The position numbers and the translations under genes were made by a program. A model generated the notes under the pieces. It did not search any database, had not been told where the DNA came from, and worked only from the letters and a program-made list of their open reading frames with translations. Source: Bacteroidota bacterium (GTDB lineage Bacteria; Bacteroidota; Bacteroidia; Bacteroidales; FEN-979). Taken from it: 64,000 bases of DNA. How positions within the stretch are numbered: position 1 is the first letter of the stretch; every line of letters starts with the position of its first letter. Location of the stretch: positions 4,505 through 68,504 of the forward strand of contig JAPLDH010000033.1 in assembly GCA_026391355.1 (NCBI GenBank), given 5' to 3'. This document shows positions 56,066 through 64,000 of the stretch, piece by piece.

Positions 56066-57061
56066 TTATGGTATATTTCTGAAAACCGTATTCCGCAAAA
56101 TTATTTCAATAGAGATCAGAAACATCGCTATTATACAAAGTATCAGATACTCCTCCTTCTTTCGTTTGAAAACAGTGACATCGATTTTGGATTTTTCCAT
56201 CTTATCGATTTTCTGATAAATTTCCCGTAATGTAGCATTGTTTGTTGCCCTGAAATAAAGGCCATCCGTTAATCCGGCTACCTGTTTCAACAGGGGTTCA
56301 TCAATTTTCACCGGGATACTTTGATATTGTATCCCAAACGGAGTCTGAACAGGATAAGGAGCCATTCCATTTGTCCCGACGCCCACCGTATAAATACGAA
56401 TTCCATATAGTTTGGCGATTTCTGCTGCAGACACCGGATCGAGCGAACCCATATTACTCTCCCCATCCGTCAACAGTATGATCACTTTACTCACGGCCTT
56501 ACTGCCGCGCAAATGGTTGACTGCCGTCGCCAATCCGTCGCCGATGGCAGTTCCATCCTGGATCATTCCCATCCTGACATCTTTAAAAAGGTTTTTCAGA
56601 ACGGCATGGTCTGTTGTCAATGGACATTGTGTAAAGGCTTCGGCACTGAAAACTACCAGCCCTATCCGGTCGTTGGGTCGCCCGTTAATAAAGTCGATGG
56701 CCACATTCTTGGCTGCTTCGATCCGGTTGGGTTTGAAATCTTCCGAAAGCATACTACCTGAAATATCCACTGTAAGCATAATGTCAATTCCCTCAACTGA
56801 AACATCCTGCCTGCTCATACTGGACTGAGGACGTGCAAGAACAATGACCAGCAGCAGAATTGCCAGCATCCTTACTACATATAATCCATGGTAAAGAATT
56901 AACCGGATACTTCTTCCACTTCCTTCGAATCCTTCAACAGTTGAAAATAAAATAGTGGCATTATTCTTTTTCAACCTGAAAAAGTACCATGTTACCAATA
57001 GCGGTATGATCAGCAACAGGTACAGATAATTTGGTTGAGCAAATGTGATTCCCTTAAACAT
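56066..57061 (-). CDS. batA: BatA (vWA domain)
   Basis: LARPQ, DISGSM, PLTTDH, GTAIGDG, LTDG. Confidence 0.93.
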   Translation of the reverse strand: MFKGITFAQPNYLYLLLIIPLLVTWYFFRLKKNNATILFSTVEGFEGSGRSIRLILYHGLYVVRMLAILLLVIVLARPQSSMSRQDVSVEGIDIMLTVDISGSMLSEDFKPNRIEAAKNVAIDFINGRPNDRIGLVVFSAEAFTQCPLTTDHAVLKNLFKDVRMGMIQDGTAIGDGLATAVNHLRGSKAVSKVIILLTDGESNMGSLDPVSAAEIAKLYGIRIYTVGVGTNGMAPYPVQTPFGIQYQSIPVKIDEPLLKQVAGLTDGLYFRATNNATLREIYQKIDKMEKSKIDVTVFKRKKEEYLILCIIAMFLISIEIILRNTVFRNIP

Positions 57062-57062
57062 A

Positions 57063-58049
57063 TTATATTTTTTCAGTCACCTGTTCCGGTTTTTCGGCCA
57101 GTTCAGGTTGCAGTAAAGGTTGCATAATTGTTTCATGCACGAAGGCAACGGCGTCATCCAGACTTCCTTCGTGCTCAGAAGGCAATGGTAATGCTTTGGC
57201 GAATTTTACAAGATCTGCAAGTATAAACATCTGATTCAACTTTCCTTTGGATGATTTCTGAATTTCATGATGCTGGTTGATCAAATCCAAAATCTCATCG
57301 CTGGTCATTTCCATTGCCATGATTTCAAAACGGTCGTGAATATAGATCCTTATAATTTCCGTCAATTCGGTATAGTAATCTTTAATCTTACCGGCCTGCC
57401 AAAGTTTTTTGATCCTCAGTTTTTCAAGTTCTGCCAGGGCTACTTCATGTGGTAACAGCCGGATTTTGGGCCTGATCTGGAAAATTGGTTCCGATTTACG
57501 TCGTTTCTTAATGTAGAATACAATGAACCAGATGATAAGTATGGCAATGATGCCTGCCAATATATATGGCAATAACTCCCGGAAAGAGATCGGAACTTTA
57601 ATGGGGCCCTTTATTGGTTTGAATGCCTGAGTTGTATCGACCCGAATCGTATGTACATTCAGGAAAAAGCCCTCCGTTTGCATGGGGATTTTTGTTGTAT
57701 CCGGAAGGTTCTGCACATAAAACCTTACAGGTGGAAAACTGTAATATCCTGAATCGAAGGTGGTAAGAAGATAACTTCTGTTGAGACTTGTGATCTTTTT
57801 GTCAGGTGAATAAACAGTATCGGTTTTCGTTCGGTTAAGAATACGGATATGCCCCATAATCGTATCACCAATGACTGGCCATATTACGGCTGATTTTGCC
57901 GGAACGGTGATGGCCAGATGCATCTTTACCTGATCTCCGATAAGCATTGCATTGGTATCCAATTTAACGGAGGCCTTCATTTCCTGTCCCAGGCAAATCT
58001 GAGAAAGGAGCGTCAAAACTATAAAAAAGACAATAACAATTTTTTTCAT
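57063..58049 (-). CDS. Conserved Bat-operon membrane protein (BatD-like N-terminus)
   Basis: Signal peptide, TFDSG, single TM, EMTSDE, ADLVKFAK; lies between DUF58 and batA. Confidence 0.8.
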   Translation of the reverse strand: MKKIVIVFFIVLTLLSQICLGQEMKASVKLDTNAMLIGDQVKMHLAITVPAKSAVIWPVIGDTIMGHIRILNRTKTDTVYSPDKKITSLNRSYLLTTFDSGYYSFPPVRFYVQNLPDTTKIPMQTEGFFLNVHTIRVDTTQAFKPIKGPIKVPISFRELLPYILAGIIAILIIWFIVFYIKKRRKSEPIFQIRPKIRLLPHEVALAELEKLRIKKLWQAGKIKDYYTELTEIIRIYIHDRFEIMAMEMTSDEILDLINQHHEIQKSSKGKLNQMFILADLVKFAKALPLPSEHEGSLDDAVAFVHETIMQPLLQPELAEKPEQVTEKI

Positions 58050-58058
58050 CGGGTCCGG

Positions 58059-58934
58059 TTACCTTCTTGCTTCCCTTCGTTTAAAAAGATTTATCAAGGG
58101 TTTTACATAATCCTGATCAGTCCTGATCTTTACAAAATCGACTCCACTGCGGATAAATACATCCGTCAGATATTTATTATGATTATTGTACCAATTCTGA
58201 TACCCAAGCCTGATCTTCCGGCTGGTCGTGTCAATCCATTGTGTGCGTCCGGTTTCCGCATTTTTTACTTGAATCAGGCCCACATTGGGGATCTCTGTTT
58301 CACGGGGGTCATAGATTTCCACTGCGATAAGATCATGCTTTTTGTTTGCAATTTTAATTGCATCCTCAAATCCCTTATCAAGGAAATCAGAAAGGATAAA
58401 AGTGGTACACCTCTTTTTAATGACATTGGTTAGATACCTGAGTACCTCTGATATTTTAGTTTCCTTGTTATCTGGCTTAAAATCAATTAGTTCTCTAATA
58501 ATGCGGAGAATATGGGAAGTCCCCTTTTTGGGAGGGATGAACTTCTCAATTTTATTACTGAAGAAGATAACCCCCACTTTATCATTGTTTTGAATAGCGC
58601 TAAAAGCCAAAACGGCTGCAATTTCAGTGATCATCTCTTCTTTGAGTGCTTTAACAGTACCGAAATGGTTGGATCCGCTCACATCGATCAGGAGCATGAC
58701 TGTTAATTCCCGCTCTTCATCGAAAACTTTGATGTATGGATGATTGAACCTTGCCGTTACATTCCAGTCGATGTTCCTGATATCATCTCCAAACTGATAC
58801 TCCCTTACCTCACTGAAAGCCATGCCTCTACCTTTGAAAACACTGTGGTATTGCCCTGAAAAAATGTGATGGGACAAACCACGGCTTTTAATCTCAATCT
58901 TCCTGACTTTCTTAAGCAGATCAGCAGTTTCCAT
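58059..58934 (-). CDS. DUF58 family protein
   Basis: FKGRGMAFSEVREY, DIRNIDWNVTAR, EREL, DVSGS, SDF. Confidence 0.93.
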   Translation of the reverse strand: METADLLKKVRKIEIKSRGLSHHIFSGQYHSVFKGRGMAFSEVREYQFGDDIRNIDWNVTARFNHPYIKVFDEERELTVMLLIDVSGSNHFGTVKALKEEMITEIAAVLAFSAIQNNDKVGVIFFSNKIEKFIPPKKGTSHILRIIRELIDFKPDNKETKISEVLRYLTNVIKKRCTTFILSDFLDKGFEDAIKIANKKHDLIAVEIYDPRETEIPNVGLIQVKNAETGRTQWIDTTSRKIRLGYQNWYNNHNKYLTDVFIRSGVDFVKIRTDQDYVKPLINLFKRREARR

Positions 58935-58996
58935 TTTAATATACATTAAGGAACAGGAGGTTTTTTTTTATTTTATTTCTTCCTGTTAATTTAACT

Positions 58997-59028
58997 CACC
59001 CGTGCACCAGTTCACCACCTCACCAGCT
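58997..59028. repeat. Four tandem 8-nt units CACCnnnn
   Basis: CACCCGTG CACCAGTT CACCACCT CACCAGCT in the moxR-DUF58 gap. Confidence 0.65.
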
Positions 59029-59032
59029 AACA

Positions 59033-60025
59033 TTATGGTACTTCGACTGTATTCAGAATTTCGTTGATGATGTCTTCTGTAGTAATATTTTCGGCTTCTG
59101 CTTCATATGTCAATCCGATGCGGTGGCGAAGCACGTCATTGGCAACAGCCCGGATATCCTCGGGAATAACATATCCCCTGCGTTTGATAAAAGCGAACGC
59201 TTTTGCAGCCAATGCCAGGTTAATGCTTGCCCTTGGAGACCCGCCGTAGAAGATCAACCCTTCGAATTTCTTTAATTTATATTCAGCCGGGAACCGTGAA
59301 GCAAAAACGATATCTGTAATATAATTCTCGATTTTTTCATCCAGGTAAACTTCCCTGACCACACTTCTGGCTCTCACTATATCGTCAGTGTTTATGACCG
59401 GATGGGTATCAACCGGGTCATTTGAGATATTCTGACGAATGATGAGTTTTTCCTCCTTTTTATCGGGATACCCGATTACAACCTTCAGCATAAAACGATC
59501 CACCTGAGCTTCGGGAAGTGGATAGGTTCCTTCCTGTTCGATGGGATTCTCGGTAGCAAGTACCAGGAATGGTTCCGGCAACTTGTACGTTTGATCTCCT
59601 ATTGTAACCTGCCTTTCCTGCATAGCCTCAAGCAGTGCACTTTGAACTTTGGCAGGTGAGCGGTTAATTTCATCAGCCAGCACAAAGTTGGCAAAAATGG
59701 GGCCTTTCCGTACCATGAATTCTTCTTTCTTCTGGCTGTAGATAAGCGTTCCAATGAGGTCAGCAGGGAGCAGATCAGGTGTAAACTGTATACGGCTGAA
59801 CTTTGCTTCAATGGCATGTGCCAGCGATTTGATGGCAAGGGTCTTTGCCAGGCCAGGGACTCCTTCCAGCAGAATATGACCGTTGGATAACAACCCGATG
59901 AGGAGCCGTTCGACCATATGTTTCTGCCCGATAATGACTTTCTGCATCTCCATCGTCACTATATCCACAAAAGCACTTTCTTTCTGAATACGTTCATTCA
60001 ATGCTTTGATATCCGTTTCTATCAT
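59033..60025 (-). CDS. moxR: MoxR-family AAA+ ATPase
   Basis: GVPGLAKT, RIQFTPDLLPAD, LADEINR, NPIEQEGTYPLPEAQVDRF. Confidence 0.96.
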   Translation of the reverse strand: MIETDIKALNERIQKESAFVDIVTMEMQKVIIGQKHMVERLLIGLLSNGHILLEGVPGLAKTLAIKSLAHAIEAKFSRIQFTPDLLPADLIGTLIYSQKKEEFMVRKGPIFANFVLADEINRSPAKVQSALLEAMQERQVTIGDQTYKLPEPFLVLATENPIEQEGTYPLPEAQVDRFMLKVVIGYPDKKEEKLIIRQNISNDPVDTHPVINTDDIVRARSVVREVYLDEKIENYITDIVFASRFPAEYKLKKFEGLIFYGGSPRASINLALAAKAFAFIKRRGYVIPEDIRAVANDVLRHRIGLTYEAEAENITTEDIINEILNTVEVP

Positions 60026-60046
60026 TTTTCTTGATTTTTAAGCGTG

Positions 60047-60075
60047 CAAATTTATAGAATTGTAAAAAAGGCAAA
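60047..60075 (-). promoter_or_regulatory. Promoter for the moxR-bat operon
   Basis: TAAATTTG (60047-60054) with TTTG at 60072-60075, minus strand. Confidence 0.6.
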
Positions 60076-60144
60076 AAAATTTTTGCTGTTAATATTTGTT
60101 AATCCATTCGTTAAAAAAAAGTTAATGCTTTCAATGAAATTTCT

Positions 60145-60618
60145 CTATTCATGGTGATAGGATTCGTTTTTCAGAATGGTAAGCGCCCGATAAATTTGTT
60201 CCGCAAAAAAAAGTCTGACCATCTGATGAGAGAAGGTTAGTTTTGATACGGAAAATATAAAATTTGCCCTCTTTTTAATTGCTTCATCAACTCCAAAAGG
60301 ACCCCCGATCAGGAATACCAAGGTTTTTAAACCTGCATTGAACTTATTTCCAAGAAAATTTGCAAATTCAACGGAGCTCATTTCTGTTCCTCTTTCATCC
60401 AGCAAAACTACGAAATCTGACGAACTGATAAACGTTATCAGTTTTTCTGCTTCTTTTGTCTTGACCATTGCAGGAGACATCTGTGAAGTCTTTTTAATGG
60501 CAGGTACCAGGATACTCTCAAATGAAACATAATGTTTGATACGGGTTTCATACTCTGCAATACCTTCTTTGAGGTATTCTTCTTCAGTTTTCCCGATAGC
60601 AACCTGTTTTATTTTCAT
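60145..60618 (-). CDS. rlmH: 23S rRNA m3Psi1915 methyltransferase
   Basis: LDERG, FLIGGPFG, TFSHQMVRL..EQIYRA, YHHE. Confidence 0.97.
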   Translation of the reverse strand: MKIKQVAIGKTEEEYLKEGIAEYETRIKHYVSFESILVPAIKKTSQMSPAMVKTKEAEKLITFISSSDFVVLLDERGTEMSSVEFANFLGNKFNAGLKTLVFLIGGPFGVDEAIKKRANFIFSVSKLTFSHQMVRLFFAEQIYRALTILKNESYHHE

Positions 60619-60647
60619 CCCTGAAAATTTAATTGGAACTCTTTTTG

Positions 60648-60655
60648 TAAGTTTG
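60648..60655 (+). promoter_or_regulatory. -7 box for DUF4783-nadC
   Basis: TAAGTTTG, 39 nt upstream of the ATG. Confidence 0.45.
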
Positions 60656-60694
60656 CATTAAAGCATAATTACGGATTTTTTAAAAAAATCGTAT

Positions 60695-61108
60695 ATGAGG
60701 ATTCATTTTATGGTACTTTTTTTTCTGATTCCATCCCTGTTCTCTATACCACTTACAGGTAAGGCTGATGGTCCTGATGAAATCAATAAACTGATTATCA
60801 AAGCTATCCAATTTGGAAATGCAGGGGAATTGTCCAAATTCTTTAATGTGATGATCGATTGCAGCATCATGGGCACTGAGGATACGTACAGCAAAACACA
60901 GGGAGCCCGTATCATTCAATCCTTTTTTGATAAATATCCTGTAAAATCGCTAAAAATCAACAAGCAGGGAACTTCAACCGATGGTTCACGCTTTTTTATT
61001 GGCGAATTATGTGCAGGGGATAAAAAATTCCGTTTATATTATCTGCTGAAAAAAAATTCCGGTAATTACCTCATAGAGCAATTCCAGATAAAGGAAGAAC
61101 ATGATTGA
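60695..61108 (+). CDS. DUF4783-family exported protein
   Basis: Signal peptide, GNAGELSKFF, YSKTQG..I..FF; upstream of nadC. Confidence 0.8.
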   Translation: MRIHFMVLFFLIPSLFSIPLTGKADGPDEINKLIIKAIQFGNAGELSKFFNVMIDCSIMGTEDTYSKTQGARIIQSFFDKYPVKSLKINKQGTSTDGSRFFIGELCAGDKKFRLYYLLKKNSGNYLIEQFQIKEEHD

Positions 61109-61979
61109 GTTTTTATCCATGAACCTTGATGGTATCATTGAGACAGCAATAAGAGAAGATATCGGCGACGGAGATCATACTTCTCTCGCGATTTTTTCGC
61201 CTGATATTAAGGGGAAAGCCAGGTTATTAATAAAGGAAAGAGGGATCCTGGCCGGGATTCCGGTTGCCCTGAAGGTATTCGAGAAGCTTGATCCATCTTT
61301 AATGATTGAATTATATAAAAAAGATGGTGATGAGATTTTCTCCGGAGATATTGCTTTTGAAGTGAAGGGTAGTATTTTATCAATTTTGGCTGCAGAACGA
61401 CTTGTACTCAATTTTTTGCAGCGTTTGAGCGGAATTGCTACCCTCACCCATGAGATCGTGAGCCAGATCGCAGGTTGGAAAACTAAAATTCTGGATACGA
61501 GAAAGACTACTCCTACTTTGCGTGAACTGGAGAAGTATGCTGTAAGGGTAGGTGGAGGATTTAATCACCGCATGGGTTTGTATGATATGATCATGATCAA
61601 GGATAACCATGTTGATTTTGCAAGAGGTGTAGTAAATGCTATAGAATCCGTTCATAAATACCTGCAAGCCAGTGACAAGGAATTAAAGATTGAGATTGAG
61701 GTCAGGAACTTTGAAGAGTTGCTTGCGGTAATCGCCCATGGAAAGGTCGACAGGATCATGCTTGATAATTTCTCAGTGGAGGATGTTTCTTCTGCCGTAA
61801 AATTGGTGCGGGGCAGGTTTGAAACTGAAGCATCGGGCGGGATCAGGATTAACAATGTAAGAGAGTATGCTGAAACCGGTATCGATTATATCTCGATCGG
61901 CGCATTCACCCATAACTTCAGAAGTCTTGATATGAGCCTGAAAGCAATAAGGAAACCGCTGTGGGATGATGATGATTAA
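61101..61979 (+). CDS. nadC: Quinolinate phosphoribosyltransferase
   Basis: EDIGDGDHT, DTRKTTP, NHRMGLYD, KDNH, IMLDN, EASGG. Confidence 0.97.
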   Translation: MIEFLSMNLDGIIETAIREDIGDGDHTSLAIFSPDIKGKARLLIKERGILAGIPVALKVFEKLDPSLMIELYKKDGDEIFSGDIAFEVKGSILSILAAERLVLNFLQRLSGIATLTHEIVSQIAGWKTKILDTRKTTPTLRELEKYAVRVGGGFNHRMGLYDMIMIKDNHVDFARGVVNAIESVHKYLQASDKELKIEIEVRNFEELLAVIAHGKVDRIMLDNFSVEDVSSAVKLVRGRFETEASGGIRINNVREYAETGIDYISIGAFTHNFRSLDMSLKAIRKPLWDDDD

Positions 61980-61997
61980 CGCTGGACTGCAGGGAAG

Positions 61998-62924
61998 GTG
62001 AAGATATTGAGAATAATATTGCAATTGAAACTGGTTTCCTGGACGATCAGGCAATCAAAAAAAATTGTATTGCCAGGATTTGATGGTCTTCCATTATATA
62101 ATGTGGCCCGGTTTTTTATAAAAGGACTTTATGAAGGAGATCTCACATCACGTGCATCGTCAATCTCTTTTAATTTTTTCCTGGCCATTTTCCCGTCCTT
62201 GCTTTTCTTTTTTACGATCATTCCCTTCATCCCTATTGAACATTTCCAACAGACTTTGCTGGATTCAATCCATGATTTTGTACCCCACACCACCTATGAA
62301 ACAATCAAGGAAACAGTAGAAGACATTGTTACACGACCAAGGGCAGGTTTGTTATCAATAGGATTCATTCTCACCCTTTATTTTTCGACCAACGGGATTA
62401 ACAGCCTGATGGAGGGCTTTAACAGTACATTCCACACGATTGAAACACGATCCTGGATCCGTCAACGACTGATCTCCATCCTGCTTGTACTTATCATGAC
62501 TTTTCTGCTGATTATTGCAATCGGTCTGATGACCTTCGGAACATCACTCCTGTCACTGATATTATCCGACAAGATCATCAACAGTATGGTTTACTTTGTG
62601 TTTATCGCACTTTCCAAATGGCTGACCATTATTGCCACCCTCTTTTTCATGATATCTTTTGTTTACTATCTGGCGCCAGCCAAACGACGTAATTTCCGTT
62701 TCATTTCTGCAGGCTCCTCACTTGCCACCATTTTGGTCATTGGTACAACACTGGTAATTAACTACTATGTAGATAATTTCTCCCAGTATAATGTCCTTTA
62801 TGGATCCATCGGCACATTACTGATCATCCTTCTGTGGATTTACTTCAATGCCTTCAGTTTACTGATCGGATTCGAGTTAAATGCCAGCATCTTTAATGCG
62901 AAAAAAGGAAGGAAAGGCGGGTAG
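61998..62924 (+). CDS. YihY/BrkB family inner-membrane protein
   Basis: FFLAIFP, YNVLYGSIG..I.LLW, GFELNA. Confidence 0.92.
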   Translation: MKILRIILQLKLVSWTIRQSKKIVLPGFDGLPLYNVARFFIKGLYEGDLTSRASSISFNFFLAIFPSLLFFFTIIPFIPIEHFQQTLLDSIHDFVPHTTYETIKETVEDIVTRPRAGLLSIGFILTLYFSTNGINSLMEGFNSTFHTIETRSWIRQRLISILLVLIMTFLLIIAIGLMTFGTSLLSLILSDKIINSMVYFVFIALSKWLTIIATLFFMISFVYYLAPAKRRNFRFISAGSSLATILVIGTTLVINYYVDNFSQYNVLYGSIGTLLIILLWIYFNAFSLLIGFELNASIFNAKKGRKGG

Positions 62925-62934
62925 GAGGAGTCGA

Positions 62935-64000
62935 TTATCCTATTTTATCCCTTTCACTAAAATTTGGTATTATACGTAGATACTTACTCCCCAAAAACTT
63001 CTCAATCAGGTCAGGTAATTCTTTCCGGAATGTAAAAATAAGGGCGGCATAGATGATGACCAGCTGCAGTGCGTAAATTATGATCATGTAACGATCCCGG
63101 AAAAAATAGTAGCAAAGAATTACCATTGCCACATAGAACATGGGAAGGCAGATCTGTTTGAAGTAATTGAACCGGAAGGTAAAAACTTTTCTTGCTGCAA
63201 AATAGAGAAAAAGCGCCTGTAACGGCCGGGATAAAAGGTTTCCCCATACGGCACCAATCAGTCCGAATTCCTTTATGCCTATAATACTCACACTTACCTG
63301 TATGACTGCCGAACCCAAAAGGGCAATGGGCAGGGATGCAGTTTTCTTGAAAAAATAGAGGGGGGTCAGGTACATCAGATAAAGGCTGCGTGCGAGGAAT
63401 CCCAGGCCAAGCAAACTGACATATTGGAACCCGGTATAATAAGCAGGCTTTTTTACAATCAGGGGCACAATCAGAGGAATGATCACGACGATGAATGGAA
63501 CCATCAAAAGTGTGACAAAGGTGAAACCATTGTAATAACGGTTCATTTCAGTAGTGTTTTCTGTGATCTTCTGCTCCTTTAGGATATTGAAGACTTTTGG
63601 TGTAATTGCGCTCGACAGGCCGTTAAAAATAAAATCCAGTATGAGGGTGCATTTCACGATGAAGTCGTAGATCCCGACATCCGAAGTATGCATGAATTTC
63701 GAGATGATAAAGCGGTCGGCATACGAGAGAACCCAGGTAATCAGAAAAAAAGCCAGGACTGGTAAACAGAATGAAAACAAACCCCGTAACAGGGAAAAAT
63801 TCAGCGAGATCTCAAATTCGGATTTGAAAAAGCAGATGGAGACCAGGAAAATTACTGCGCTGGAAAGAAATCTGCCCCAGATAGGTCCCACCAGTGAATT
63901 AGGAAAGTAGTATAATCCGGCAAGTGACAAACAAATTGTCAACACGAAGGTGATGATATTTGACCAAAAGTAACGACCGGGACGTTCCTGGTTAATTAGC
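62935..64000 (-). CDS. Wzx/MOP oligosaccharide flippase, 5' partial
   Basis: Frame open to the window edge; ADRFII...DVGIYD; many TM segments. Confidence 0.8.
   Translation of the reverse strand, partial: LINQERPGRYFWSNIITFVLTICLSLAGLYYFPNSLVGPIWGRFLSSAVIFLVSICFFKSEFEISLNFSLLRGLFSFCLPVLAFFLITWVLSYADRFIISKFMHTSDVGIYDFIVKCTLILDFIFNGLSSAITPKVFNILKEQKITENTTEMNRYYNGFTFVTLLMVPFIVVIIPLIVPLIVKKPAYYTGFQYVSLLGLGFLARSLYLMYLTPLYFFKKTASLPIALLGSAVIQVSVSIIGIKEFGLIGAVWGNLLSRPLQALFLYFAARKVFTFRFNYFKQICLPMFYVAMVILCYYFFRDRYMIIIYALQLVIIYAALIFTFRKELPDLIEKFLGSKYLRIIPNFSERDKIG

Noticed and set aside
1-64000. CRISPR array, IS/transposase, integrase, prophage, rRNA; also the many short overlapping ORFs in the track
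   Set aside because: No repeat-spacer arrays or mobile-element motifs were seen. The short ORFs overlap well-supported genes and have no recognisable motifs.

Overview
Bacteroidota (probably an environmental Bacteroidales) chromosomal window, judged from the TTTG-N17-20-TAnnTTTG promoters, T9SS C-terminal domains, a UpxY antiterminator and the bat operon. Left end: 3' tail of a biotin/lipoyl-carrier gene, an AT-rich GNAT plus deacetylase cassette, rpsT, a glsA/glsB-like amino-lipid acyltransferase pair, engB and a WbpI-like epimerase. 6.5-42.7 kb: a co-oriented surface-glycan locus of about 34 genes, headed by upxY and a winged-helix/nucleotidyltransferase-fold regulator. It encodes Wzx, Wzy, GTs, two aminotransferases, two WbuX/WbpG amidotransferases with HisH/HisF paralogues, an initiating phosphoglycosyltransferase and Wzi, but no wza/wzc/wzz. 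It ends at a convergent exosortase-family gene and tRNA-Glu with a decayed 3' copy. Right part: NUDIX, pyrE, two T9SS beta-propeller cargo proteins, moxR-DUF58-batABCDE, rlmH, DUF4783-nadC-yihY and a partial second flippase. Most notable: (1) repeated deacetylase plus FemAB/GNAT/WbqC gene pairs, reminiscent of the VimE/VimA amino-acyl-sugar linker chemistry, next to an exosortase and T9SS cargo; (2) a GAGTAA-N5-TTACTC palindrome sitting on the upxY -7 promoter box, a candidate operator for the regulator. All family calls come from motif recognition by eye, not database searches.
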